Part shown: positions 21,944 to 32,260 of the stretch, one piece after another | How the letters are laid out: each line of letters starts with the position of its first letter | Numbering within the stretch: position 1 is the first letter of the stretch | From: Blastocladiella emersonii ATCC 22665 | Lineage: Eukaryota > Fungi > Blastocladiomycota | NCBI GenBank assembly: GCA_025594325.1 | Contig: JANHCV010000012.1 | Span: forward strand, 868,001 to 932,000 | DNA: 64,000 nucleotides | Direction of reading: 5' to 3' | Notes under the pieces: model-generated | Database searches by the model: none | What the model saw: the letters and a program-made list of their open reading frames with translations, nothing else | Told to the model about the DNA's origin: nothing | Translations under genes and position numbers: made by a program

Positions 21944-22437
21944 GAGCGTGAGAAAGCGCGTTCGGAGAGCGCGGGGCGGGAGACGCGGTGACTCGAAACT
22001 TGGCCAGTGCGGCTCGGTCAGCCGTCGGGGCGCGGCGCGCCGTGCCCATCACTCCGGACATCGCTCGTCGATGGCAACGAATACGGCCCTCGTCAGTATC
22101 TCTCTATAAACAGCCGGTCGGCAGTCGGCAGAATTAGTCTACCAGCGGGGCCAAGATGTAACTGCGCCTGTTTGTCTGCAGCGACGCGCTCACCACGCGT
22201 TGCGCGCCCCCCTGACTATCTCAAACTGTGATCGTGGCCACAGCACTGCTTTGTGAGCGCCAAGGCTGATCGGTTGCGCTGAACGCATCCCATGAGCAGC
22301 CGCTGCCCCTGGTCCGTGCTCAGATTGAAGTAAAGAGCGAAGAAGACTCTGATCGGTACGCGTTTGGCCGCCAGGTACACGAGCGTTGCAAGAGTTGCTA
22401 GCAAAACAAGGTGCATTCGTTGAGCGGCTTATTGATC

Positions 22438-23159
22438 CTAGCCGCACATGTATAATTCGAGATACACTTTGTGCGTGCCCGTGAACCCAAGCTACTACTT
22501 GTGTTAGTACGCGTTGTAAATTGCCCAATGCACCGTTTGCGTACCTCTCCCAGCGACTTGTCAGAATCTTCGGAAATGCGGCGGCCATCTTCGCTGTCAA
22601 TGAACTTGAAAATCCGTGGTCCGACGCCTCGTTTTTGACATAGTGCAGCTGTAAGCTTGCAAAATGGGGTGCTCGCCATGGCTTTGATCTCTGACAAAGA
22701 TGGAAGGGTCGCGTGAGTGGGGCAGGAAGCGGAGATTCCTGCACGCAGACGCGTACCCTGAACTTGGTCCGACTGAGGCCCGATGAACTTGACAGTAATC
22801 AGCTCGATGACACTGCTCTGTGCAGGATTTTTTGAGGCTGCCTTCGCAGCGGCCTCTGCAGCGGCTTTTGCGGCGGCCTCGGCGGCGGCCTTTTTCTCAG
22901 CCTCGATTTCCTCCCACAGCGGGTCCTTCTTGACCGCCTCAACGAGGTGGCGTAGAACGGCGGTATCCGGGTCAAGCTCCAGGAGCGGCTCGAGCGATTC
23001 CAGGAGGGACCCCTGCTTGAGCAAGAGCGTCTCTTGCTTCTGGACAGTGTCGCAGAGCCCACGGATCTCCTCTTGCTGGGTCATCAGGAGTGCATAAATT
23101 TTTGAGCATGTAGCCTCGAGGCCACGGATCCGGTCGGTAGTTTGCATGGAGTCTGACAT
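22438..23159 (-). CDS. Coiled-coil plus SUMO-like-domain protein E (no di-Gly; ends LELYMCG); introns 22691..22756 and 22492..22544
   Basis: N-terminal heptad/EAAAK-rich helix, then LITVKFIGPQSDQVQEIKAMASTPFCKLTAALCQKRGVGPRIFKFIDSEDGRRISEDSDKSLGE/LGFTGTHKVYLELYMCG. Intron positions match A-D. Confidence 0.75.
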
Positions 23160-23640
23160 GTTTTCGAGAGAGTTGTCAAGGTTGCGGGAGAGAGGAGATG
23201 GAGCGGGCGCGAGCTCGAGCTCGGCACCGCATGGCGCAAGCGGCTTGCGTTGCTCGCGTGACCCTCAACCACGCGCGGCAACGGCGCATCAGTTTGCGGA
23301 TCACGGATGCACACGACGCAGACGACCTTTCGCTTGAACCAAGGTTCTTTATATCTCAAGGATTTTCAGAGCGCGAGAACACGGATCGAAAGCGTGGGAA
23401 TAACGTTGAATAGTCAAGACCGCGACGATTCAGCTCGCTCAGAGGCAAAGAAATCCGCGGCTGCTGCACATTTCAAGCAACGTAGCGAGCTTCGACCCTA
23501 ATCACGTGCATGCCCATGATCTTAAGCTAATTGCCAGTACCTCCACCACTCACTCCGTTCGGGTGTCAACTGTGCGGGGCTTTGCCCAAGTGCCCTCTCG
23601 CCGCGACATCGGGAAATGGGGGGTCACCCCGCTGCGGTGG

Positions 23641-23797
23641 ATCACGAAGATCTTCCTAGATCACTGTGATCTACGAAGATCTTAGCCCTGCGGAAATCTA
23701 GCCCCGCTCGACCAGTCTGGAGTGGTTCCGCTCGCGAAGATCTTGTCACCCGACATAGATCTACGAGTAATCTATGGTGCTCGACCACAAATCTAGG
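23641..23797. repeat. AGATCT/GATC motif cluster 1
   Basis: Four perfect AGATCT (23648, 23677, 23738, 23757; three as GAAGATCTT) plus near matches (AGATCA, TGATCT, AAATCT, TAATCT) within ~150 bp. Confidence 0.8.
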
Positions 23798-24409
23798 AAT
23801 GAGTCGAGCGCTTGCACTCGCGCAGCGAACGACTTTGAGACAAAGCTCGCGCGGCGCGTCCTTGACTCTCAAATCACAACACCGATCATCGCTCCCTTTG
23901 TCCTCCATAGTCGCGTTTGGAATTAATCAAGCAGTTCACTGGACTATCTCTCAGTCGTGCATCAGCGCGTCGCACAGGCGGGCCGGGAGAACCGTGGTTC
24001 AAGTGAGCAAACAGGGAGCACCACACATGCAGCGTGACCAACGAAGTGGGAAGGGAAGAGGGCCAGGGGCATCGATTCCCTCGAGGCGGTGTGCAGGATC
24101 GGCGTCAAGGAACGTGAAAATGGAGCTGTTGAAGAGCTGTACGGGCACGACAGGGATCAAGGTTGCGGGTGCCTGCCAGTGTGCCTTCAAGCGGGAGCGA
24201 GGTCGTAAGCGGGCGTGATCACGACGTCGTGGAGCCGCCAACAACCTTGCAGGACGGATCAGCGAGTTCCGGCTCGCGCATCTCACCACGTAGCAGGTCG
24301 GGCAGAGCAGCGACGGCCAGGATCCGCAGCTGTTTCGAGATCGTTCGACCACGGAACCACGCGGTGAGGGAGTTGCAGCGTGTCAGTAATGAGATCTTCA
24401 GACCTGCGT

Positions 24410-25750
24410 TGTGTATGCTTGACAAGAGGGGAGGAGGCATGGACCGACGCGACGCGGCGAAGCTGTCAAGCGAGGCGGCGGTCAAGCGCACGTGAGGATC
24501 GGCGGCGTTTGTTTTGGGCAAAGTCCTTCGCTCGGTCGCCACCGCCGACTTCCTCTCTCCTCCCCCGCCACCCGTCCTTCCCCCCAACTCCCCTACGACG
24601 CATCCAACTCCATGCACTTGCTCCAGGACTGCATCGGGCACATCGCCAAGGCCTGCGCCGGGTACGAGCCAGACCCTCCTTGCGCCGTTGTGTGCACGCC
24701 ACCTCGCCACCTCGTTACCTCGCACGAACGCCACCCACTGCTGCATCGCGCCGCGCCGCTGACCGTCGCACCGGTTTGCCCTCACTGACGCTTCTCTCGT
24801 GCTCCCGCTGTCCAGGTCCCGCCGCGGCTGATACTGCCCGCCCAAGCCGGCCGACGCCACCCTTCGCCCCCTGGACGCTCTGAACCTCGCTGGCGTCGGC
24901 GACGTGGACGCTCTCGTCGATCCTGCCGTCCTATCCTTCCTCGGGCTCGAGACGGCCTGCGGTCGCATGCTCATGGCGCCGCGTATCGTCGCCGCCATCG
25001 AGATCCCGCACAACGTGGCGCGCGCGCGGCGACGGCGCCCAGCAATCGCAAGTCCGAGGTGCTGCTCAACCTCACGTTCGACTGGAACCGCAGGGCAACG
25101 ACGTAAGTTTGCGATCGTCCGCTTTGGGCTGCTTCCCGACCAGCGATCTGACCCGGACCGCCCCGCCTATAGAACCTACGCCCGCGGCATCGTCAAGCTG
25201 ATTGCCCATGGCACCCGCTCGCGCACCCTAGGCGACCTGTCCCCCTCCCCGAGTCGTGTGTGTTTTCGCGTGTCTGGTCGCCCACGCTAACGCCACCGCT
25301 GGCCGACGTAGCAAAGCTGCCCGGGCCGCACCTGTTCGCCATCGTGGATCGACTCGCACCTGATCGCACGCTCGTCGACATGGTGTACTTCATCGAGCTG
25401 GTACGCGTCGCGCACGATCCTGACTCGCTTCGTAGCTCACGCCCCGACGTGTCTGTGTAGTTTGCTCCCGTGGTCCAGTCGTACGTGCAGGGGTCCGCGG
25501 CGCCCATCGTGGATGTCGACATGTTCCGCCGCAGCTACTTCCACTCGCTGGTCGCGAGCATCGAGCGTCGCCGGGCCGCTCACCCGTTTGTCCGCATGAC
25601 ACGGAGGAGGTCGTGCGCCGGTCGTTCACCAAGTCCACTGCCGCTGCCGCTGCCGCTGCCGCTGCGACCGCAGCCTCGGCGGCGGGTGCCCGAGGCGCGA
25701 GTCCGTACGGAGTAGCGCTGGATAGCGACGACGACGACGACGCGTAGATT
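24410..25750 (+). pseudogene. Multi-exon orphan gene or remnant of unknown function
   Basis: Protein-like segments (MDALVDPAVLSFLGLETACGRMLMAPRIVAAIEIP; LFAIVDRLAPDRTLVDMVYFIEL) and a GTACGC...GTAG intron around 25400..25460. A single clean frame could not be assembled. Confidence 0.35.
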
Positions 25751-25763
25751 TGATGCACAATAC

Positions 25764-26053
25764 AGATCTGTTTCTCACTCATCGAACTCTCCCGTTGTGT
25801 GCTGAGATCTCTCGCTCGGCGAAGAGCGCTTGAAAATCTCACAGATCTCCTCAGCGGCGGGGAATCTACGTTCGTTGCGAAGATCTATCGGCCCTGACGG
25901 AGTCGAGCTCGGCTGGACGGGAGGGATAGATCTATGGTGAGATCTATAGAAAACATAGGTTTGCAGTGGATTTCTACCTAGATCTTCCCCAGCTATTTTG
26001 GCCCCCGAAACCCTAAGATCTATGAGAGATCTAGCTAGATCTCTTTGAGATCT
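25764..26053. repeat. AGATCT motif cluster 2 (11 perfect palindromes in 290 bp)
   Basis: AGATCT at 25764, 25805, 25843, 25881, 25928, 25940, 25980, 26016, 26027, 26037 and 26048; spacing is irregular, so not a tandem repeat. Confidence 0.9.
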
Positions 26054-26120
26054 TAACCCCCAATTTCCCGATGGCGATGCCTTCGAGCGCACTGGTCTTT
26101 GGCGTACCGCAGTCTCGGAG

Positions 26121-27461
26121 ATGCGCGAGTATCTCAAATGCCTGCTCTTTACTTTGGCCGACGTCCGTGCGCTCGCTCGGTTGGTTGCTGGGCACGTTGC
26201 CGAGCATCCGCGTCTCATCGAGCGCATGAAGATGCGCCTCTTCGAGTCCATGTACCTCCTGCTGCGCCACATGGTCGACCACGGCGAGGCGGGCTCGCAG
26301 CTGCAGTGGTCCAACTTGCTCAAAATCTGCCGGCCGCTTTCTGGCTCGACCAGCGACCAGCAGAAACACTACGATCTCATTGCTTCGAAGGATTACGACA
26401 CGGTTCGCTTCGGTGGTGGACACTTGTGGGAGTTCCCCCGCCTTCCGCACATGCAGGTCGTCGGCGTTTCGCACAAAGCTTCAGCGCGCGTGTTTGAGCG
26501 CGATCTCGTTCCCCGCCACCACTACAACATCTTGGGCAAGTCGAGCGTCAACAACAGGCTTACGTGCTTCCTGCGGGAATACTACTTTGCGGCCAAGTAC
26601 GTTTCCTCGCTGCCCCGAAGAGGTTTCGCTCGAGTAGTTCACCTTCTTGTTTGCCGATGTAGCCGCGAGCATTGCGTCGGTATGGCCGCTGACGAGGCGC
26701 ACCGCGGGATGCGCGACCTTGAACTCGCCAAGCGGTACATTCGCGGCCATGAGCGCGCCGTTGGCGCCCTCGAACGCATGGCTGAGCCGATCTTGGGCCA
26801 GACCATCAAGGTCGGCATCACCGTCCGGCTTGACGAGTGTCTCAGGCTCCTTCGCCATTACTTGTACTCAAATTGGACCACCGCCAATCTAATCGACTAT
26901 GGTCGCGAACTTCTTGCGATCTTTGGTGGTCTTGCCATCGAATCGCGGAGAACGCTGGGTTCCATGGGTCCTGACGCTTGCACGACCGTAATCCGGCTCA
27001 AGGACCACATCGTGGCCGAAATGAATCAGGTCTTCGAGTCGGGTGAGATTCCCGTCTGGAGCGGCGACGCGCGTTGCGCGTTCCATGGATGTCACGCGGT
27101 GCCGGGCACGCTTCGGCCCAGCACCGCGTACTTGTCCAACTTGATCGTGTGTCCGATGCACAGCGCGACACTTCTCGAAGTAATGAAAGCGCACAAGCTC
27201 TCGGACACCTCCAACTTTGGCGTCACCCGCGAGGACTTGACGCGATGCGCTGAGCGCGTCGACGCCTTGAGCGACACTATCATGTCGTGCAGGCTCGAGG
27301 ACAAGTGTGCGGGCCGTCGCTTGGGTCGAAACGAGCCGCTCGCGCACTATCCGCCGTGGGACAAGTACTTGTGCTCTCGCAGCTGCCTCCCGCTCATCGA
27401 TCCGGAGCTCAAGCAGCGTGCGCGAGCGCCACGGCGTAAGCTTATGGTGAAGCGGCATTGA
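26121..27461 (+). CDS. Orphan helical protein with Cys/His-rich C-terminus; probable in-frame intron 26597..26662
   Basis: 446-codon ORF with protein-like composition. C-terminal CAFHGC...CPMH and C...C...CSRSC clusters. GTACGT...TGTAG intron of 66 nt. The true start is uncertain because the frame is open from 26049. Confidence 0.6.
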   Translation: MREYLKCLLFTLADVRALARLVAGHVAEHPRLIERMKMRLFESMYLLLRHMVDHGEAGSQLQWSNLLKICRPLSGSTSDQQKHYDLIASKDYDTVRFGGGHLWEFPRLPHMQVVGVSHKASARVFERDLVPRHHYNILGKSSVNNRLTCFLREYYFAAKYVSSLPRRGFARVVHLLVCRCSREHCVGMAADEAHRGMRDLELAKRYIRGHERAVGALERMAEPILGQTIKVGITVRLDECLRLLRHYLYSNWTTANLIDYGRELLAIFGGLAIESRRTLGSMGPDACTTVIRLKDHIVAEMNQVFESGEIPVWSGDARCAFHGCHAVPGTLRPSTAYLSNLIVCPMHSATLLEVMKAHKLSDTSNFGVTREDLTRCAERVDALSDTIMSCRLEDKCAGRRLGRNEPLAHYPPWDKYLCSRSCLPLIDPELKQRARAPRRKLMVKRH

Positions 27462-27827
27462 TTCGTGTGCCGCTGCAGGCTTGTCATTCTGTACAGCTTT
27501 TGAGTTTGTTCTGTTTCTTTCCATCACGCTCGGAAAGTCAGCCTCTGCAGCCCGATCGCTGAGAGAACGTTTCAAACATCCCGAACGCGTTGCGCCACTC
27601 ACCTGATCTTCAACAAGTCGCAGACGGGCGCGCCGGCCGAGTCCTTGTCCCCTTTCTGCGAACGCTCTGAGAAGTCCGAGAATCACTCACTCTATGCAAT
27701 GTAAACCTTATGCAATCAATGAACTTCTTCAGCGAATCAGTTGGCGCCACGCTAAAGGGCGGCCTTGCGACGCGGCGCGGTCGCGGGATGCGGACCAGGT
27801 CCGTGCCGCGCGCAATCCGCTTGACCC

Positions 27828-29310
27828 CATGAAGCAGTGCGCGCAGCCCGTTGCCTTCGTTTTCGGCGTCGCCTCGCCCGACCCCGAGCACGTCTGGGCG
27901 CTGTGTACGGTGTGTGCGGCGATGCATGACGGGGCCGTCTGCGTCGTCTGCCCCGTTCTCCCCGCAACGGCTACGGCGTCGACGCTCGCGTAAACCACAT
28001 GGTCGCGTTCGTCAACTTGGGGGTGGGAATCCACGTTCACGTCGCGCCGCGCCGGTTCCTCGGCCACATTGACGCGCAGATCGCCGACGAGTCCGGCCTG
28101 CTCCCAGACGTCAACAAGGAGTTTGGCGAGGTCGACTTCCACTCCCACTTCCCCGTCGAGCCGACCAACGCTGACATCGGACATGACTCTTGAGTCCCCC
28201 TTGTTCCCGTCGGTTCGCACCCTTGCGCATCCGATCGTGCTCGACGAGGACGCGCCCGAGTCGTGGGCCATGCACCAGTTTGACGTGACGTACACCGATA
28301 TCTGCACCGCGCTCACCGTCCCCGCCGGCACTGACGACGCGGAGCCCCTGCTCGCGCTGTTCCTCGCGTACAACGGCAACGCCGCGGAGCAGAAGGCCGG
28401 GATCGTCGACGCGCTCGCTCTCGACGCGGCGCTCCCGCACTGTGGGGCGGGCTCGTCGTCGGGTCGCCACGCGCCCCGTAGGTCGTTGGTCCGCCCGAGG
28501 CCGTGACGGACGAGGATGAAGAGGAGGCGGTGGTGGACGGTGTCGCAGCGTTTGCCCCCGACTCGATCAAGTTCTTAACTCGGCGTACCTGCGATTCCTC
28601 CCCGCGACCGGCGCCAAGCAGGTCTTCGTCGCGCACAACGAGTGCTTGCACCTCGTGCGTGTCCAGCCTGGCAGCACGCTGATCGGCAAACACGGCTTCA
28701 CCGCTGCCATGTCCGCGACCGGTTCGGTCAGCAGAACGCGTTTGGCGTGTCGTTTGCGCGTCCCAGTGGCGAGCCCGCGTCCGCGCCGCCGCGCTCTGAG
28801 AGCGTGGTCATCGAGTTTGTCGCGACCGCCGACACCTTGCTCACGTGCTCGACGGTCGTGCTGACGCGCACTCGACCGTCGTCCTCAAGCGCACCGGATC
28901 GGCCGCCGCGCCGCTCGTGTATTTGTGCAACGACAACGCAGAAAAGGCGGTCAAGGACGAGTCGTCCTGCGCCACCGCCACCGCCGCGCCGGGTGCCCTC
29001 GACGAGTCTCCGCTCTCGCTCCCGCTCGGCGTCATCTCGACCAACTTCCCCGTCCTTTCGATCCTGGCACTCCACGAGCCCGCACTCGGCGTGCCAAAGG
29101 ACCAGCTCGCGTACCTCCTGGCGGAACACGACTGGCTCGCGCGCGCCTGGCATGCGGTCTGACTGCTCCTCAACTCGGTTCTCGCGCGCCACCCCGCCAA
29201 GGCAGCTGCCGCCGAGCACCTCCAGCTCGTCTACGACGCGACCAAACCGGATGCCTGCCCCGCGACGAACGCGAGATTCATCACGAGCTGCTTCGCGTCG
29301 CGCGTGCTAA
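27828..29310 (+). pseudogene. Disrupted orphan gene with an N-terminal CxxC..H..CxxC cluster
   Basis: Coding-like segments (WALCTVCAAMHDGAVCVVCP; FLGHIDAQIADESGLL; MHQFDVTYTDICTAL; LVYLCNDNAEK) are spread over several frames with stops. Confidence 0.45.
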
Positions 29311-29629
29311 AGCGGCCACCGAGGAGGCTATGGTCGGCGGGCGGCAGGGGCAGCGGATCGCGCGGGTTCTAGGGCGACAGCTCGTGGCGATCCAGGAGCA
29401 CCGTCGGGACCGTTGCCACAGGGGAAATGCGCATGGATGTGCACGATTAAGCACAGGTGTGGGTTGAGATCTTCAATACACTCGTTTTGCGGCGGTGATC
29501 AAACCGACGGAAGGGTGTTCAGACGCGAGCTGCGACGCGAGGCGGACCCGCTGCGCGCGACGTGTGGTGCTTGAAGCCCGACGACCCCGCGGCCAACTCC
29601 CTCTCCTCAGCGAACGACCAGACCCTGCA

Positions 29630-31090
29630 ATGGATACGCACGACTCCATGCAACTCGCTTTTGGCGCAATCGCGCACACGTCCATGGGCGCCGCAGTCCT
29701 CCAGCTGGCCAAAGCGCGCGCCATCGTCCCCGCGGCTTCCCGCGCGCTGTGCCAGGCCGCCTCGGACGCTCCCGTCACCGTCCATTGGGGCTTTCGCGTC
29801 ATCTTAAGTCACCCCACACCCATCCGTGATGTGGGATCCGGATTCTATCTTGACGTTGTCGCGCTGGATGAAAACTCTGATGACGAGGACGAGGGCGAGG
29901 AGGAAGGCCAAGATACTTCCAATATCCATCACGCTGTTTCCTCGGCACCCGCTGGCCTGATGGAGACTGCTTTGCGGACCGGTTGGGGTCTGCCCGAAGC
30001 GCTTACCTGCTTGCACGATCGCTGCCAAGAATGCCATGAACCGCCACACCTGGTCCACAACATCCCGCCCTCTTTTGTTGTACACCTTGTGCGACGCGCT
30101 GCCGGCGGACTTGGGACCCCGTTCTCGGAGGAGCGGTTCTACGGCATGTTCGAGCTGCTCATGCAGAGAGCTGTCCAGGCTGACTCTCGAGGGGCATCCG
30201 TCGCGACTTCGCCACTTCTTGCTGTTATGGCGCTTTTTCTCTTTTTCACCTCGGTCTCCGATATCGTCGCTCTTCGTCATCTTTTGGATCTGGCTCAAGA
30301 GCACGTTCCCGGACTACTCTCCGCTCCTCTTCACCCCAATAAGTGGGCGCAGCTCCATTATCTCACGCTTGGCTTCTGCACGCTGCCGTTCGGAGACGAG
30401 CTCATTAACGACGAAGACGACCTCAGGGCATGGCAGTGTCCGTCGCTTCTCGAGTTCGCAGCGGCCTTTTCGATCAAGTCATGGAACGATCCCGCACTTG
30501 AGCTCCTGTCGGCACCGCGCTACGGTCTCGATGGGAAACGGCTGGTTGTCATGTTGCTCCTCAACGAGGACTTGGGCGGCGGCTTTGGCCCCAGCGGCTT
30601 CGATCACGCGCCTGTCACCATTGAGGGCGTGAACAACGTATACAACTGGCTCACCGCTCACGGCTGGAACCCAAGCGACCCGCGTACTCGTGGCTATGCT
30701 TACCGATGCCTCACGCTTTTGGACCCTTCGCCCGAACTCTTCTTGACTGTATTCAAATGCTTTGATCAAGCGAATTTCTCTCGGCCGCGGCCCAACCCTG
30801 GTGACTGGGATGCTGCGGACAATCCTGAACATGTCCGGATGGCGATCACCCACCTGTTCGAGCGCGGGACCGTTCCTCATCTTGATACCGTCGCTGGGAT
30901 GTATCACGCGGGGCTAATTACCAGCGAGAACTTTGACTGCTTCCTTTTTGACCCGACTGCTTATGAAGCGGAGTCCGGCGTCGTTGCGTTCCTTTTTGCC
31001 AACCATGATCGAGATGGCTTCATGGCAGGATTTTCGAACGGTACGCCTTACTTACGCGTTTGTCATTCATCACCTGAGTCTCACGCATGA
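29630..31090 (+). CDS. Intronless orphan helical protein with an acidic patch, possibly degenerate ankyrin-like repeats
   Basis: Long ORF; likely start MDTHDS at 29630. Segments such as NVYNWLTAHGWNP and MAITHLFERGTVP resemble degenerate helical repeats. No firm domain recognised. Confidence 0.55.
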   Translation: MDTHDSMQLAFGAIAHTSMGAAVLQLAKARAIVPAASRALCQAASDAPVTVHWGFRVILSHPTPIRDVGSGFYLDVVALDENSDDEDEGEEEGQDTSNIHHAVSSAPAGLMETALRTGWGLPEALTCLHDRCQECHEPPHLVHNIPPSFVVHLVRRAAGGLGTPFSEERFYGMFELLMQRAVQADSRGASVATSPLLAVMALFLFFTSVSDIVALRHLLDLAQEHVPGLLSAPLHPNKWAQLHYLTLGFCTLPFGDELINDEDDLRAWQCPSLLEFAAAFSIKSWNDPALELLSAPRYGLDGKRLVVMLLLNEDLGGGFGPSGFDHAPVTIEGVNNVYNWLTAHGWNPSDPRTRGYAYRCLTLLDPSPELFLTVFKCFDQANFSRPRPNPGDWDAADNPEHVRMAITHLFERGTVPHLDTVAGMYHAGLITSENFDCFLFDPTAYEAESGVVAFLFANHDRDGFMAGFSNGTPYLRVCHSSPESHA

Positions 31091-31609
31091 TCCCATTTTG
31101 TAGCATTCTCGTTCGCGCTCGGTGGCGGGGACAGTAACTCAATCCTGCTTGCCATCGCGACGTTTCGCTTTGCCGTTGCGCACGACCTCGATCTCTCCAA
31201 CTCCTTTGGCGCGCATTCTTACCCGGATCGGTTCGAGCGCCTCCAACGCGACTTTGGCGCCGGCAAGCCTGTTTCTGCACCCTCCCACCCTCAATCGGAT
31301 GACTCTGACTCGGCTTGGGAGGACGTGGAGTGAGGAGAGATTGCTGGCACGCGTCGATGCGCACTGTGCAGTTCGCCGCGGTTGTTGAGCGGAAATGTGC
31401 AAGATAAGGCGAATATACGCGGTGGCTTTTACATGGTAGCCTCACCTCGAGACGCGAAACCACAGCGCGAGACGCGTCGATCAATCGCATGCTGATGCGA
31501 GACACTTTTCATCTCAACACTCGGTCGAGCACGACTTGGAATCATTATCGCGCTGCAGCAACCAGGTACTACGAAAAACCGTCGTGGTGGCGCAGCCGCA
31601 ACGCGTTCC

Positions 31610-32260
31610 CTACCTACCTACAAAATCGCCGTGCAAGTTGAACGAAAACGCGAAGACCTTAAAGGAAGTAGGCAGTGCGGGAATCAACTGCGAGATTGCT
31701 GTGTTGTCCAGTCCACAGTAGTTGACATGCAACGAAAAAAGGCAAGGGGCACGCGAGAGCAGCGCGACGAGCGCCTGAACTTCGACCTGGCCGAGTTTAG
31801 TACGGTCCAGCCCCAAGTACTCGCGTTTCTCGGTTGGTAAGCCCGCCAAAAGCTGCGCGAGTGCACCCGAGGCATTTCTACTGCTGTCAAGCTCGAGCCG
31901 CAGGAGCGCGCCTGGAAGTGATTCCGTGAATCGCACCACGTCAAGTGTTTGCAATTTTAGGGAACTGACGGTCAGCGTGTGCAAGGACACGTTCGCTGCG
32001 GTGAGCTGTTGTAAGAAACTTGGAAGCGCCCCTTCGATGCAAACGATGTTGGACAAGTCGAGTGCATTGAGCGTGACAGGAAGCGCCACAGACAGGGCTG
32101 AAAATTGATTAGATCGAGATGCCGAGCTTGAGCAGCCTTGGAAGACTGCGTGTGCCAAGTGGTCAAACAAGGTTCCACATCGGAAATCCGGGCCTTGCGA
32201 ATTTGCGGCCAATTTACACGGTTTGGAAACAAACTTTAAACCTGAGCAAATTTGCACCAA
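31610..32260 (-). pseudogene. RNI-like leucine-rich-repeat gene fragment
   Basis: Repeats LP.TL..LDLS, LQTLDVVRFTESLPGALLRLEL and LHVNYCGLD closely parallel the 39-kb LRR copy. No intact N-terminus. Confidence 0.65.

Noticed and set aside
22216-22416. 66-aa ORF with a hydrophobic N-terminus between SUMO-like D and E
   Set aside because: No homology recognised, no splice or promoter support; the opposite strand has a TATA-like site but no convincing ORF.
23540-23640. GC-rich hairpin (GGGGGTCACCCC) as a possible tRNA/ncRNA
   Set aside because: No cloverleaf, T-loop (GTTCGA) or A/B-box arrangement.
23641-26053. AGATCT clusters as a CRISPR array or satellite
   Set aside because: Only a 6-9 bp core recurs, spacing is irregular, there is no 25-40 bp direct repeat, and no cas genes; the sequence is eukaryotic.
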